From Candidatus Bathyarchaeota archaeon (lineage in GTDB: Archaea > Thermoproteota > Bathyarchaeia > Bathyarchaeales > Bathycorpusculaceae): 64,000 nt of DNA. Under the pieces are notes generated by a model. It made no database searches. It saw only the letters and a list, made by a program, of their open reading frames with translations, and was not told where the DNA came from. The stretch lies in contig OY969706.1 of assembly GCA_963702095.1 (NCBI GenBank), positions 512,001 through 576,000 on the forward strand. The letters run 5' to 3'. Shown piece after piece: positions 50,149-60,913 of this stretch (its first letter is position 1; the number at the start of each line of letters is the position of its first letter). The translations under genes were made by a program, and so were the position numbers.

Positions 50149-51234
50149 TTCTTTTTTGCCTCTTTACTTTCCGGTTTTGTTAGTTGCTGGTAGAGTTTCT
50201 GGAAGAGTGGTGCTAAACCTTTTGGTGAAAAAATCACGATTACAAGCAGCAGGATGCCTATGGCGATGAGGCTTATGGGTGGACCAACGTTGCTTATGCC
50301 GGGGAAGTAGGGGCCGATGGATGTGTGGAGGGCGTCTGCAACGCTTGGTAGTGCCAGAACTTGCTGGACAGACACAAGAAACACGGAGCCTATGATTGGG
50401 CCGATTATGGTTCCTAAGCCGCCTATGACTGCCATGATGAGTGGCAAAAAGGAGTTTGCGGGGGCAAAGATGCTGTTATCGACGAACCGCAGGAAATACA
50501 CATTTAATCCGCCTGCGATGCCTGCGAAGAAGGTGCTGATGACAAATGCGATTAATTTGTATTTTGCAGTGTTTATTCCTATCATTTTTGCTTCTGCTTC
50601 GTTGCCGTGAATCGCCCGGAAAGCTAAGCCCATCCGCGACTTCATAATAAGATACATTATTGCGATGGAAGAAATGGTGAAGGTAAGTGCCATGATGTAG
50701 AAGGGAAACTTGTTAGGCACCAAAGTTAGGGGTGAAAAACCGTTTATGCCGTTTGTAAACATGTCAAATTGGGTTGAGAGTGTGCTTATGATGACTGAGA
50801 AGCCGAATGTAACCATAGCTGAGATACCATGCTTTAAGCCGCACACATGCCAACCCAATTAGCAAGCCGATTCCAGCGGAAATCAAGCCGCCGACGAGAA
50901 GCACCACAACCTGCACCGCCACAGATAGCGCTCCAATCGGCATCATCGAAGCACCCAACATGCCGATTAACGCTATTGAAATAGAGTTTCCGATAAGCGC
51001 CGCTGAGAAGGCTCCAATACCTAGGAAAGCTGCGTGTCCAAGTGACCCTTGCCCTGAGTTGGCGAGGAAGTTCCAGCTTGCAGCATAAATCGCCATTATA
51101 CAAATCAGTGTTAGAACATAGAGGAAAAAGTTGTCTGATATTAGAAGCGGAAGCAACGCTAATGCTATGAAGGCAATGGCTATGATTTGGAAGACTCTGT
51201 TTTTCGGCAGTTTAGAGAGCTGTTTTATGTCCAT
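50145..51234 (-). CDS. livM: Branched-chain-amino-acid-type ABC permease LivM; frameshift near 50825
   Basis: SWNFL..GQGSLGHAAFLGIGA..RLKAWYL continuing as AMVTFGFS..GLAFRAI..IGGLGTIIGP. Confidence 0.88.
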
Positions 51235-51235
51235 G

Positions 51236-52117
51236 TCAATCACCTTTTTCTCCAAACAGCCCCCGCGGTCTAATGATGAGCACAACGATGAGTAAGGTAA
51301 AAGCTACGGCGCTGCCCCAGATTCCGCCCAGGAAAAGCGTCGCTAACTGCTCAGCGATGCCGTAGAGTAATCCGCCGACGATGGCGCCTTTGATGCTGCC
51401 TAATCCTCCTAAGATGATTATGGCGAAGGCGATTATGGTTGGCATAGCGCCTACTTGATAGTTGAAAGAGAAGATTATGCCGTAGAGTCCACCTGCGACT
51501 GCTGCGAGCGCTGCGCCTATGGCGAAGGTTATCATGTAGACTTTTTCTACGTTTATACCCATGAGTCTAGCTGTGTTGTTGATTTGGCTGGTCGCCCGCA
51601 TGGCTAGACCGATTTTTGTTTTGTTAACCAGTATGCCAAACGCTACTAAACTGACTATTACGACGCCCACGGCGATTATGCGGTCGTAGGTTATGGATAC
51701 GCCTTCTAGAAGGGTTAAGCTTTGGCCGCTAAAGGGGCTTGCGACCTGTTTTGGGTCTGTACCCCAAATGAGCATCGCCACGTTTTCGAAGATGTAGATT
51801 AAGCCTAAACTAACGAATATCTCGTTTAACTTGTCGGTGCCTAAGGCTTTGCGGAAAGTTAACCGTTCAACAACTATTCCTAAAACTGCAACGACAAGCA
51901 TCGAGACCAGAATAGCTGCATAAGGATTTAGCCCCGAGGTGAATGCTATGGTCCAAGTTAAGTATGCGCCTATCATGAGGAGTTGCCCATGGGCGAAGTT
52001 GACTTGTTTCATAACGCCGAAAATAACGTTGAGTCCCGTGGCGAGGAGAATGTAGATGCATCCGATGGCTAAACCCCAGATTAACGTAAGCAGTATGGTA
52101 GGCGCTGATATGTCCAT
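51236..52117 (-). CDS. livH: ABC permease LivH
   Basis: GLNVIFGVMKQVNFAHG, GGLGSIKGA. Confidence 0.92.
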   Translation of the reverse strand: MDISAPTILLTLIWGLAIGCIYILLATGLNVIFGVMKQVNFAHGQLLMIGAYLTWTIAFTSGLNPYAAILVSMLVVAVLGIVVERLTFRKALGTDKLNEIFVSLGLIYIFENVAMLIWGTDPKQVASPFSGQSLTLLEGVSITYDRIIAVGVVIVSLVAFGILVNKTKIGLAMRATSQINNTARLMGINVEKVYMITFAIGAALAAVAGGLYGIIFSFNYQVGAMPTIIAFAIIILGGLGSIKGAIVGGLLYGIAEQLATLFLGGIWGSAVAFTLLIVVLIIRPRGLFGEKGD

Positions 52118-52231
52118 TGTAAAGTTATCCTTTCCTCCGCTTTCCTTGAAGCGGTTGACATAATTCAGCGTGTGAACTATTTAAAATATGCGAGAAATAA
52201 AAGAAAAGGAAGGGTTATTGTTTTTAGGCAC

Positions 52232-53602
52232 TTAGTGGCCTGGTCCGCCTGCGATGTAACCGGTTGGCAGGGCGAAGTCTGCTTGCTTGAGGTTTGTTCC
52301 TCCGGCAGAAGTAGGCCAAACAATCACGGATTTAAGTTGGCTATCGTGTGCGTCCCATTGTAGCTGTTCAACGAAGGTCACTGGGTCGATTTCGTGGTAG
52401 TTGACGCCTGTGCTGAACTGGATTTTACCTGTCTGAGTCATGATGAGCATTTGGTCCATGTTTGTGTTTTCGATGGCTGTTCTTACGGTTGCTTTGTCGA
52501 GGCTGCCTGCTTGTTCAATTGCGGCTTTGGCGATGTAGAATGCGTCATAGGTGTCAGCGCCCATCATGCCTGGTACTTTGTCGTAGGTGCTTTGGAATTT
52601 CTCCGAGTATTCGCCAACTAGCGGCAGATAGGAGGGTGACATGAAGGGGTCAAGTTTTGACTCCAAAAGCTGCCCGGCGCCTGCTTGTCCCAATAGGCTG
52701 TAGAATGCTGAGTCTTGGTTGTTTTCTACTGCGATGAAAACTGTTTTTAAGCCGACTTCTTCCCAAGCCTGCTTGATTGCCAAGGGGCATTTGTCGGGGT
52801 TGTCAACTATAAAGACGGCGTCGGGGTTTGTGGCTTTCACTGCGGTGAGGTCTGTTTGGAAGTTGCTGGTGCCTGCTTCATAAGCTCTGTCTGCAACCAA
52901 GGTTATAGGCAAGTTTTCTTCTTGTATCCAGTACTTAGTGGCTTGCTCAACGCCTTGTCCGAATGCGTCGTTGCGGTAGAGTATGGCTAAGCTGAAGTTG
53001 CGGTCTGCTGCAACCATCGGCTTCATTTCCTCTGCGAAGAAGTCAACGACAGTTTTACTGTAGTGATAGGTGGTTGTGCAATAGTGGAAGATGTAGCTCA
53101 TGCCTTCTGAGTCACTTATGCTGTTGGGTCCGTTTGCTCCGAATCCTCCGTAGTCGCCTTGGGGTCCTCTGCGTGTTACAAGCTGGTTTGAGGCGCCTGT
53201 GATGATGTAGGGGACTTTGTTGTCTATGGCTGCTTTTTCGTTGGCTAAGGTGCCTGCGCTGCCGTATCCGCCAATCAGCATATCAACGTTATTTATGTCA
53301 CGGTTAACTGGCGTAACCGCGTTGGATGGTGAGTCATCGACTGTATCGAGGTTAGTGATGGTTATGTTGACTTTTGTGTTCCATTCAGCAACGTAGACGC
53401 CGCCTGCATCATTGATTTCTTTGACCGCCATCTGGGCTGCGTTTGACATGTCTTGCCCAATTGATGTGCTCAGGGGTGCAACTAAGCCTATCTTTATGTC
53501 TCTTGCATCTGCTGACACTGGTTTAGGTACTAATTGCCATGCCGCGACTGCTGCGACGGCTATTATAATAACTACAACTATGGCTAAGATTTTCTTTTGC
53601 AA
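52232..53602 (-). CDS. livK: ABC substrate-binding protein, LivK-like
   Basis: N-terminal TM; IKIGLVAPLS..AVKEINDAGGV; TYDAFY. Confidence 0.85.
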   Translation of the reverse strand: MQKKILAIVVVIIIAVAAVAAWQLVPKPVSADARDIKIGLVAPLSTSIGQDMSNAAQMAVKEINDAGGVYVAEWNTKVNITITNLDTVDDSPSNAVTPVNRDINNVDMLIGGYGSAGTLANEKAAIDNKVPYIITGASNQLVTRRGPQGDYGGFGANGPNSISDSEGMSYIFHYCTTTYHYSKTVVDFFAEEMKPMVAADRNFSLAILYRNDAFGQGVEQATKYWIQEENLPITLVADRAYEAGTSNFQTDLTAVKATNPDAVFIVDNPDKCPLAIKQAWEEVGLKTVFIAVENNQDSAFYSLLGQAGAGQLLESKLDPFMSPSYLPLVGEYSEKFQSTYDKVPGMMGADTYDAFYIAKAAIEQAGSLDKATVRTAIENTNMDQMLIMTQTGKIQFSTGVNYHEIDPVTFVEQLQWDAHDSQLKSVIVWPTSAGGTNLKQADFALPTGYIAGGPGH

Positions 53603-53653
53603 AGTTTTCTCCTCTCAACTTTGCGTTCTATATCCAACAAACAGCTAATAAAA

Positions 53654-54241
53654 TTAACTCTTAAGCACGCTTTCCCTGCCCAGCTGGAACGCTTTTATGT
53701 TCAGGCTAATGAATTTCTCTTTTAGCCTGCCAGCTATTGCCTGCTGGAAAGACTCCACCTTCAGTGGGTTCTCCGGAAGCGCTGAGAGCGCCCCTAACAG
53801 CACCGTGTTAACAACAAGCATGTTTCCCAGTTTCTCAGCGATGCCTATGCCGTCCACTTCATGAACCAACGCCTTTGCCTGCAGCATTGCCATCAGCTCA
53901 CGCTGGCTTTTAGGTTTAACTCCTGTGGGTAGGCAGCTGGGCTGGATAAGTTTCATGTTAACGATGACTGAGCCATCATTCTTTAGCATCGGCAACGAAC
54001 GCGTCGTCTCCAAGATTTCGAAGCCCACGATAGCATCCGCTTTCCCCGTCTCAATCAAGGGCGACTCCACTTTTTCCCCGATGCGCGCAAACGCCACAAT
54101 CGAGCCGCCCCGTTGCGCCATGCCATGAATCTCCGCTTTCGCCACGTCATAACCCTCCAACATTGCGGCTTCACAGTAGATGTCACTTAACACGACCACG
54201 CCTTGCCCGCCGACGCCGCTGAAAACTATGTCAAGCTTCAT
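53654..54241 (-). CDS. iorB: Indolepyruvate:ferredoxin oxidoreductase beta subunit
   Basis: GVGGQG, EIHGMAQRGGS, NTVLLGAL, NIKAFQLG. Confidence 0.93.
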   Translation of the reverse strand: MKLDIVFSGVGGQGVVVLSDIYCEAAMLEGYDVAKAEIHGMAQRGGSIVAFARIGEKVESPLIETGKADAIVGFEILETTRSLPMLKNDGSVIVNMKLIQPSCLPTGVKPKSQRELMAMLQAKALVHEVDGIGIAEKLGNMLVVNTVLLGALSALPENPLKVESFQQAIAGRLKEKFISLNIKAFQLGRESVLKS

Positions 54242-56430
54242 TTCGTTTTCCTCTCTATCGCTTCAAAAGGGCAAACCTGTTCGCAGACGCCGCAACCGTT
54301 GCAGAGGGTGGGGTCGATTTCTGCGTGGTCGCCGTTTTGGCTTATGGCTGGGCAACCGAAGGCTTTGGTGCAGACTTCGCAGCCGTTGCATTCTTCTTTT
54401 ACTTGGCGTTTTGGTCCCTTCTCAGTCAGGAGTGGGCAGGGACGCTTGGAAATGATCACTGCGGGTCCCCGGTAATCGGTTACTTCTCGGATAGCTTTGG
54501 TTGTGGCTTTTAAGTCATAGGGGTCGACGGTGACGACTTTATCGATGCCTACTGCATGGGCGATTTCTTCTATGCTGATGATTTTGGCGTCCGCGCCCCT
54601 GACGGTTTTGCCTGACCCGGGCGTTGGCTGATGACCAGTCATCGCAACAGTGCTATTGTCCATGACAACCACGCAGACGTTAGCCCTATTGTAGGCAATG
54701 TTTAGGAGCCCCGGCATGCCCCCATGGAAAAACGTTGAGTCACCCAAAACCGAGAACACTTTATCTTTAACGCCTGCATGAATCATCCCAGCCGCCTCAG
54801 AGATACCTGCCCCCATACAGAGGCAACTCTGAACCGCTTTCACCGGAGGCAAAACCCCCAAAGTGTAGCAACCGATGTCGCCGGTGACGATTTTGTCGTC
54901 TGATTTAGGCGCTAAACTCAACGCGCTCTCAGGACAAGCTGGGACACATTTTGGGTCGCCGCCGCAGGCGTCGCAGATTAGCGGTTTATGAGTGATAGGG
55001 TGGAATGTCAGTGCGCCGTATTGGCAGGCTTCGATGCACCAGCCGCAGCCTTTGCATTTTGCCTCGTCAACGGTGACGGTTCCTGTCTGTTTAGACTGGG
55101 ATAGGGCGTCTTCGGGGCAGGCGGCGACGCAGGGCGCGTTGAGGCAGGCTTTGCACGTCAGCGCCGTATTGTTTACCAAGTCTACCCGTAGGGAGCGTAT
55201 GCGCGATTTCAATGGGTTAAAGACGCCTTCTTTCTCGTAGGAGCAGGCGTATTCGCAGATGTCGCAGCCGACGCATTTGCTGCTGTTACATTGAATGGAT
55301 TGGTTAACCATGTTTAGCGCGTAGTAGAATGCGCGGTGGGGGCACCCGGGGCAAAGCGCTGGGGGACGCGGAGGCAAATCCAGTTGCTGGGGCTTCTCGG
55401 GTTTGCTGGTTAGGTCTAGTTTGGCGAAGGCTTCGCGGATTTTGTCGGGGGTGAACTCGCCGATTTCCTCCAAGCCCAAAGCTGCTTTGCCCTCGACGTC
55501 GAGTTTTTGGCGTTCGATGTTTTCTTCGATGTAGGGTCGCAACTCTTCGATGACTATTAACTTCTTAACTTTGCTGGCAAACGACTTCACCAGCTCCGAT
55601 GGGAAGGGGTGGACAAACCCCAGTTTGAGCCAAGAAAACTTTTTCGTATCCAACACTGAGCGTGCGTAGTAGTAGCCGACGCCGCTTCCGATTATGCCGA
55701 TGTCGCAGCCGTTATCCTCCTCCACGTTGAAGTGCGAAGTCTCCGCCAACTTCTTAGCTTCCACCAATCTACCTTCCAAGACACGGTGTTGGCGGATGGC
55801 GTTGGCTGGCACCATAACCCATTTTGAACCGTTCTTGTCAAACTCTGCTTTGCGTTCCAAACGCTGGAAACTGCCCAGTTTAACCCGTGACTTGCCATGG
55901 GCAACGCGTGTGGTTAGGCGCAGAATAATGGGGAGTTTGAGTTTTTCGCTGATTTCGAAGGCTTCCCTTGCCATGTCATGGGCTTCCTGTGGGTTGCCTG
56001 CGTCAAGCAAGGGCAGTTTAGAGTGCACTGCAAAGTATCGTGTGTCCTGTTCATTTTGGCTGCTGTGCAGGGCTGGGTCGTCGCAGACCGCGATTATCAT
56101 GCCGCCTTCGATGCCTGTGTAGGCAAGTGTCATAACGGCGTCTGAAGCCACGTTTAAACCAACATGCTTCATAGAAACAATCGAGCGTACACCCGCCATC
56201 GAAGCGCCAACTGCGACTTCGGCGGCAACGATTTCGTTGATGCTCCACTCCGCGTAGATGTCGAGTGGCTCTGCGACTTCGGCGATGGCTTCTAAAATTT
56301 CGGTGGATGGCGTTCCGGGGTAGGCAGCGGCAACCTTTACGGTGGCTTCCACTGCCCCGCGTGCAACTGCTTCATCGCCGTTAAGCAGGGCGAAACTGCC
56401 CGGCTTATCTGCCAAAATCTTGGAAGTCAT
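54238..56430 (-). CDS. iorA: Indolepyruvate:ferredoxin oxidoreductase alpha subunit with an inserted multi-[4Fe-4S] domain
   Basis: AYPGTPSTEI, MKHVGLNVA, SSQNEQD, CPGCPHR, GDIGCYTL, GDSTFFH, C-terminal dicluster; ATG 56430. Confidence 0.93.
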   Translation of the reverse strand: MTSKILADKPGSFALLNGDEAVARGAVEATVKVAAAYPGTPSTEILEAIAEVAEPLDIYAEWSINEIVAAEVAVGASMAGVRSIVSMKHVGLNVASDAVMTLAYTGIEGGMIIAVCDDPALHSSQNEQDTRYFAVHSKLPLLDAGNPQEAHDMAREAFEISEKLKLPIILRLTTRVAHGKSRVKLGSFQRLERKAEFDKNGSKWVMVPANAIRQHRVLEGRLVEAKKLAETSHFNVEEDNGCDIGIIGSGVGYYYARSVLDTKKFSWLKLGFVHPFPSELVKSFASKVKKLIVIEELRPYIEENIERQKLDVEGKAALGLEEIGEFTPDKIREAFAKLDLTSKPEKPQQLDLPPRPPALCPGCPHRAFYYALNMVNQSIQCNSSKCVGCDICEYACSYEKEGVFNPLKSRIRSLRVDLVNNTALTCKACLNAPCVAACPEDALSQSKQTGTVTVDEAKCKGCGWCIEACQYGALTFHPITHKPLICDACGGDPKCVPACPESALSLAPKSDDKIVTGDIGCYTLGVLPPVKAVQSCLCMGAGISEAAGMIHAGVKDKVFSVLGDSTFFHGGMPGLLNIAYNRANVCVVVMDNSTVAMTGHQPTPGSGKTVRGADAKIISIEEIAHAVGIDKVVTVDPYDLKATTKAIREVTDYRGPAVIISKRPCPLLTEKGPKRQVKEECNGCEVCTKAFGCPAISQNGDHAEIDPTLCNGCGVCEQVCPFEAIERKTK

Positions 56431-56440
56431 CGTTAATCCT

Positions 56441-57760
56441 TTACATTTTACCCTTACGCAGGTCCAGTACCCTTTTAGCTTTGCCCTCGGTACGCGGGAG
56501 CTCGCCTGGCTTAACAATTTCGACGTCGGCGCTTATGCCTGTGACTATGTGGATGCGTTTTTGGATTTCGTTTTTGAGTGCGTTTTTGTCTATGTTGGGG
56601 TCTTTGGCTGCTTTTTCTGATAATTCAACTTTCACTACGAAGGTGTCTAGTGCTCCAGGCCTGTCCAAGACGATTAAGTATTGTGTCGCCAACTCTGAGA
56701 AGCACATAACTGCATACTCGATTTGAGAGGGAAAAACGTTTACGCCTCGGATTATGAGCATGTCGTCGGATCTGCCTGTTATACGCATCATTCGGGCGTG
56801 TGTGCGTCCGCATTTGCAGGGTGCCATCTCTACCCTTGAAATGTCACGTGTTCGGTACCGCAGCATAGGCATGGCTGTTTTGGTTAAGGTTGTGAAGACA
56901 AGTTCGCCTTCCTCGCCTGGAGAGAGGACTTCGCCTGTGTCTGGGTTAATGGTTTCGACGATGAAATGGTCTTCCCAAATATGCAAGCCATTGTGGTTCT
57001 CGCATTCAATGGAAACCCCCGGACCATACAACTCTGTTAAACCGTAAATGTCAAACGCTTCGATGCCTGTTTCTTTCTCGATGCGTTCACGGATTTTACT
57101 TGACCATGGCTCCGCACCGAATATGCCTTTTTTCAGTTTGAGGTCATTTCTTGGGTTAACGCCTTCTTGCTCCATGGTCTCTGTGAGGTAAACTGCAAAA
57201 CTTGGAGTGCATGCCAGAATTGTTGTGCCCAAATCCTTCATAAGCTTGATTTGGCGTTGGGTCATGCCGCCGCTTGCCGGCACGATTTTTACGCCGAGTC
57301 TCTGTGCACCGTAATGGAAGCCCAAGCCTCCAGTGAATAATCCATAACCGTAAGCGATGTGGATGACGTCTTGGCTTCTGCCTCCTGCAGTGTAGATGCA
57401 GCGGGCCATAAGTTCCTGCCACATGTCCATGTCGTTTTTGGTGTAGGCCCCGATGATTGGGTTGCCTGTGGTTCCGCTTGACGCGTGGATCTCCACTATT
57501 TCGCTGGATGGCACCGTGACCATTCCGAAGGGGTAATTGTCTTTGAGATCGTTTTTTATTGTGAAGGGAATTTTTTGTAGGTCGTCGAGTGTTTGTATGT
57601 CTTGTGGCTTTAATCCTGCGGCGTCAAATTTTTTGCGGTAAAAACTGCTTTTTTCATAGCAAAAGTTGACTCGTTCTTTGAGTTTCTGGAGTTGAAGGTT
57701 TCTTATGTCCTGCCTGGGCATAGTTTCGATTTTTTGGTTCCAGTACTTGCCGTCTACCAC
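56441..57760 (-). CDS. paaK: Phenylacetate--CoA ligase
   Basis: HASSGTTG, YGYGLFTGGLG, DIYGLTE, RYRTRD, GRSDDMLIIRGVNVFPSQIE. Confidence 0.95.
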   Translation of the reverse strand: MVDGKYWNQKIETMPRQDIRNLQLQKLKERVNFCYEKSSFYRKKFDAAGLKPQDIQTLDDLQKIPFTIKNDLKDNYPFGMVTVPSSEIVEIHASSGTTGNPIIGAYTKNDMDMWQELMARCIYTAGGRSQDVIHIAYGYGLFTGGLGFHYGAQRLGVKIVPASGGMTQRQIKLMKDLGTTILACTPSFAVYLTETMEQEGVNPRNDLKLKKGIFGAEPWSSKIRERIEKETGIEAFDIYGLTELYGPGVSIECENHNGLHIWEDHFIVETINPDTGEVLSPGEEGELVFTTLTKTAMPMLRYRTRDISRVEMAPCKCGRTHARMMRITGRSDDMLIIRGVNVFPSQIEYAVMCFSELATQYLIVLDRPGALDTFVVKVELSEKAAKDPNIDKNALKNEIQKRIHIVTGISADVEIVKPGELPRTEGKAKRVLDLRKGKM

Positions 57761-57775
57761 TTGTTGTCCCCTCTT

Positions 57776-58480
57776 TTATAGGCCTAGATACACTTCTTTT
57801 ATGTGACTATTAGATAAAAGTTCCCTACTCTTCCCTTCCAATACAATCTTGCCCTCTTCCAAAACATAGCCTCGGTTGGCGACGCCTAAACTGTCATGAA
57901 TGTTCTGTTCAACCAGCAAGACCGTTACGCCTTCATCGTTGATAGTGCGTACCGTATCGAGGACTTTTTCCACGATAATCGGCGCGAGTCCCAAGGAGGG
58001 TTCGTCGAGGATAAGGAATTGCGGGTTTGACATTAGGCTTCGACAGATAACCAGCATCTGCTGTTCTCCGCCACTGAGGGTTTGAGCCAGCGCCTTCTCC
58101 TTCTTTTTGAGCACAGGAAAAATCTGGTAGACCCTTTCCTTTGTTTCCTTAACTTTCGCTCTGTCTTTTATGGTGTAGGCGCCCAAGAGCAAGTTCTCAT
58201 ATACGGTCATGCGGGGAAAGATTTCTCTGCCCTCAGGAATCATAGTTAAACCTTTTTTGACGATGTTGCAGGTGGCTAATTTCTCTATGTTTTCGCCCCT
58301 GAATTTGACAGAGCCCATCTGAGGTTTCAGTAAGCCCATGATTGTTTTGACAAGGGTGGTTTTGCCTGCGCCGTTGGGTCCGATGATGCTGACGATTTCT
58401 TTTTCTTCAACGTGGAAGCTTACGTCACGAAGAATCTGCACCATGCCATAAGCCGCAGAGACATTGTCCACTTCTAACAT
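57776..58480 (-). CDS. livF: ABC ATPase LivF
   Basis: GPNGAGKTT, LSGGEQQM, LDEPSLGLAP. Confidence 0.93.
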   Translation of the reverse strand: MLEVDNVSAAYGMVQILRDVSFHVEEKEIVSIIGPNGAGKTTLVKTIMGLLKPQMGSVKFRGENIEKLATCNIVKKGLTMIPEGREIFPRMTVYENLLLGAYTIKDRAKVKETKERVYQIFPVLKKKEKALAQTLSGGEQQMLVICRSLMSNPQFLILDEPSLGLAPIIVEKVLDTVRTINDEGVTVLLVEQNIHDSLGVANRGYVLEEGKIVLEGKSRELLSNSHIKEVYLGL

Positions 58481-59220
58481 TGCGGTGTCTCCTCGTCAAG
58501 TTGGAATTTCTTGCCCAAGTAAACCTTAACAACGTTTTCGTCGGAACAGACCTGTTGAGGAGTGCCTTCATAGATTTTTTCGCCATGCTGCAGAACAATC
58601 ACCCGGTTACAAAGTCCCATGATGACACGCATAACGTGTTCCACGATGAGGACAGACACGCCCTGTTGGTTTAAGAGTTTGATGAGGGCGATGGCTTCAT
58701 CGGATTCTTTCGGTGTTAACCCTGTTAAGAGTTCGTCGAGTAAAAGCAGTTTTGGATTGGTTGCGAGCGCTTTTGCAAGTTGAATCCGCCTCAACTCGAC
58801 GACGTTCAGGTTTTTTGCTTTGACATCGAATTTGTCTTTACTTAACCCCGCGAAGGCTAAGAGTTCGTGTGCCCGAGCAACTGAACCTGTTTTATCGGTT
58901 TTTTTGCGGTTAAACAGTACGCTTGTCAACACGTTTTCTGTTACAGTCATCTCTGGGAACGATTGGACGGTTTGGGCTGTTTTGGTTATGCCTCTGGCGC
59001 AGATGGCGTAGGGCGGCATTTTTGCGATGTTTTCTTCTTGAAAGAGGATTTGGCCTGAGTCGGGTTTGTAGACGCCGCTGATTAGGTTGAGTAAGGTTGA
59101 TTTTCCTGAGCCGTTGGGGCCTACAAGACCCGTTATTTCGCCTTGGCTTATGGTGAAGTCCACGTTTTTTAGGGCTTGAACTCCTCCGAATCGTTTGGAG
59201 ACTCCGATGCACTGTAGCAA
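58474..59220 (-). CDS. livG: ABC ATPase LivG
   Basis: FGGVQAL, GPNGSGKST, LLLLDE, IVEHVM. Confidence 0.92.
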   Translation of the reverse strand: MLQCIGVSKRFGGVQALKNVDFTISQGEITGLVGPNGSGKSTLLNLISGVYKPDSGQILFQEENIAKMPPYAICARGITKTAQTVQSFPEMTVTENVLTSVLFNRKKTDKTGSVARAHELLAFAGLSKDKFDVKAKNLNVVELRRIQLAKALATNPKLLLLDELLTGLTPKESDEAIALIKLLNQQGVSVLIVEHVMRVIMGLCNRVIVLQHGEKIYEGTPQQVCSDENVVKVYLGKKFQLDEETPQC

Positions 59221-59391
59221 ACTTTTTCTCTCTCCGGGTTAGCAAGGAATTATTGAAGTGGAAATATAAATGTTGGTAAAAAACCGATTCTGCCCCATCA
59301 TCCTTCTACTTTGGGAACGCTTTGTGTTTTTCTTTGGGGTTTGGTTAAAGTTAAATACCATCTACACCATTAGGGGTATGGGTGCCCTTGC

Positions 59392-59838
59392 TTGCCAATT
59401 CCACAAGTCAGCGTATTCCTCGATAACCGACCCGGCTCACTATTCGACGCCATGTCGCAACTGGATAAAAACCAGATCAAAGTTTTCGCCCTTGCCATCG
59501 CTGACGCAGGCGAATTTGGGTTAGTCCGCTTAATCACTGAAGACCCACAGAAAACCGGTTCTCTGCTTGAAGAAGCAGGGTTCAACCTTGCCAAATCCAA
59601 AAGAAACACCGAAGTAACCGCCATTTTTACTTCAGACGAAGAGCGCCTCTCAAAAATCACAAAGCTACTAGGCGACATTGGATTAAACATTGAGTATGCT
59701 TATTCGTCAGCGGTTCATGTAGCGGGTAAAGTCGCCTTGATTTTGCGGGTCAGCGACGTGGTAAAGGCGGAGGAACTGCTTAAAGTGAACAGTGTTGAGG
59801 TTTTGTCGCTGGCTGAGATTAAAAATTATTTCCAGTGA
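59392..59838 (+). CDS. Tandem ACT-domain protein of the kind usually found near paaK
   Basis: QVSVFLDNRPGSL..IADAGEFGLVRLI..NIEYAY. Confidence 0.9.
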   Translation: MPIPQVSVFLDNRPGSLFDAMSQLDKNQIKVFALAIADAGEFGLVRLITEDPQKTGSLLEEAGFNLAKSKRNTEVTAIFTSDEERLSKITKLLGDIGLNIEYAYSSAVHVAGKVALILRVSDVVKAEELLKVNSVEVLSLAEIKNYFQ

Positions 59839-60262
59839 CAGTCCTTTGTCATCGTTTTGGTTTTAGTTGCCGCTGTAGTCGGTGTGGTTGTTGGCTTGGT
59901 TGTTTTCTTTAAGAGGCGCCGATGAGTATCACGGGGAAAACCAGTCGGTACATGCTTCTACATCCAACCGTTGAGGCTTCAACATAGAGCCATGCAAGGG
60001 TGTGTGGATGAAAACGCATATCCCACACTGAAACAGACGCCGAAAACCGTTGCAAACGCCAAATGCAATCGTTGCCTCAAGTCGTCTTGTGGCACCCCCT
60101 AAAACGCCACACCCACATAAAGAGAAAAAATGATCTTAACCTTTATAAGATAGAAAAATTGCCTGCCAACTCCTCTCAAACAAGTTCTGCTTTGCTTGGG
60201 AGAGTGCTGTAAAGCTTTTATGATAAGCGTGCAATAGACAAAAAGTGCAGAGGGCGTAAGCG

Positions 60263-60913
60263 ATGGTGGGGGATATTGATACTTTAATTGGGAGAGAGGA
60301 CGCAAAGTTTTCCCTTCATTATATGCGGATGGATCAACTAAGAATCAATTTTACTAATGAAACCATTGCTTTTTGCTCAGAATGGTACAGAGCCACGGCA
60401 AAAGAATATGTTTCCAAGAATGCTGAACTCATTTTGAATATGGGCAGTGACCAGCTTCTACGCATGAAAACCAAAATCGGCTCCTTAGTTGCTAATACCG
60501 AAAAAACCGTCAATGAAGTGCTGAATAATCCTTGCTTATGGTGGCATCTTAGACCTCGCTCACAAGACGCCTTGAACCTGTATTTGCAGGTTGGCGATAA
60601 GCACCCGATAATCCTTGATCAAGCTATAAGGCAGATACTGGGGCGTCTGGGGGAGGTTTTGCAGGAATTCCGGTTTCATGTATCGGTTACTGGCAAACAT
60701 GGTTCTTTTGGAGAGTACTGGTTCATCCAATCTACCAATGGGGCAGTGGTTCCTTATTATCCGCATGCATTGAAGTGGTCAGTTAAAATGCAGGATACGA
60801 TCCGAGAGTACAATGGCCAATATTTGGAAGCAATTGCCCTCTATAAAGAGATGGAACTGCTCAAAGACCAGAAGAAGAGAGAAGAAGCGCTTTCCCGATG
60901 GGATTCATTCTGA
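60263..60913 (+). CDS. Hypothetical protein
   Basis: 216-aa ORF, helical. Confidence 0.65.
   Translation: MVGDIDTLIGREDAKFSLHYMRMDQLRINFTNETIAFCSEWYRATAKEYVSKNAELILNMGSDQLLRMKTKIGSLVANTEKTVNEVLNNPCLWWHLRPRSQDALNLYLQVGDKHPIILDQAIRQILGRLGEVLQEFRFHVSVTGKHGSFGEYWFIQSTNGAVVPYYPHALKWSVKMQDTIREYNGQYLEAIALYKEMELLKDQKKREEALSRWDSF

Noticed and set aside
56431-56517. N-terminal extension of IorA in the ORF track
   Set aside because: It overlaps paaK; ATG 56430 gives a normal IorA start.
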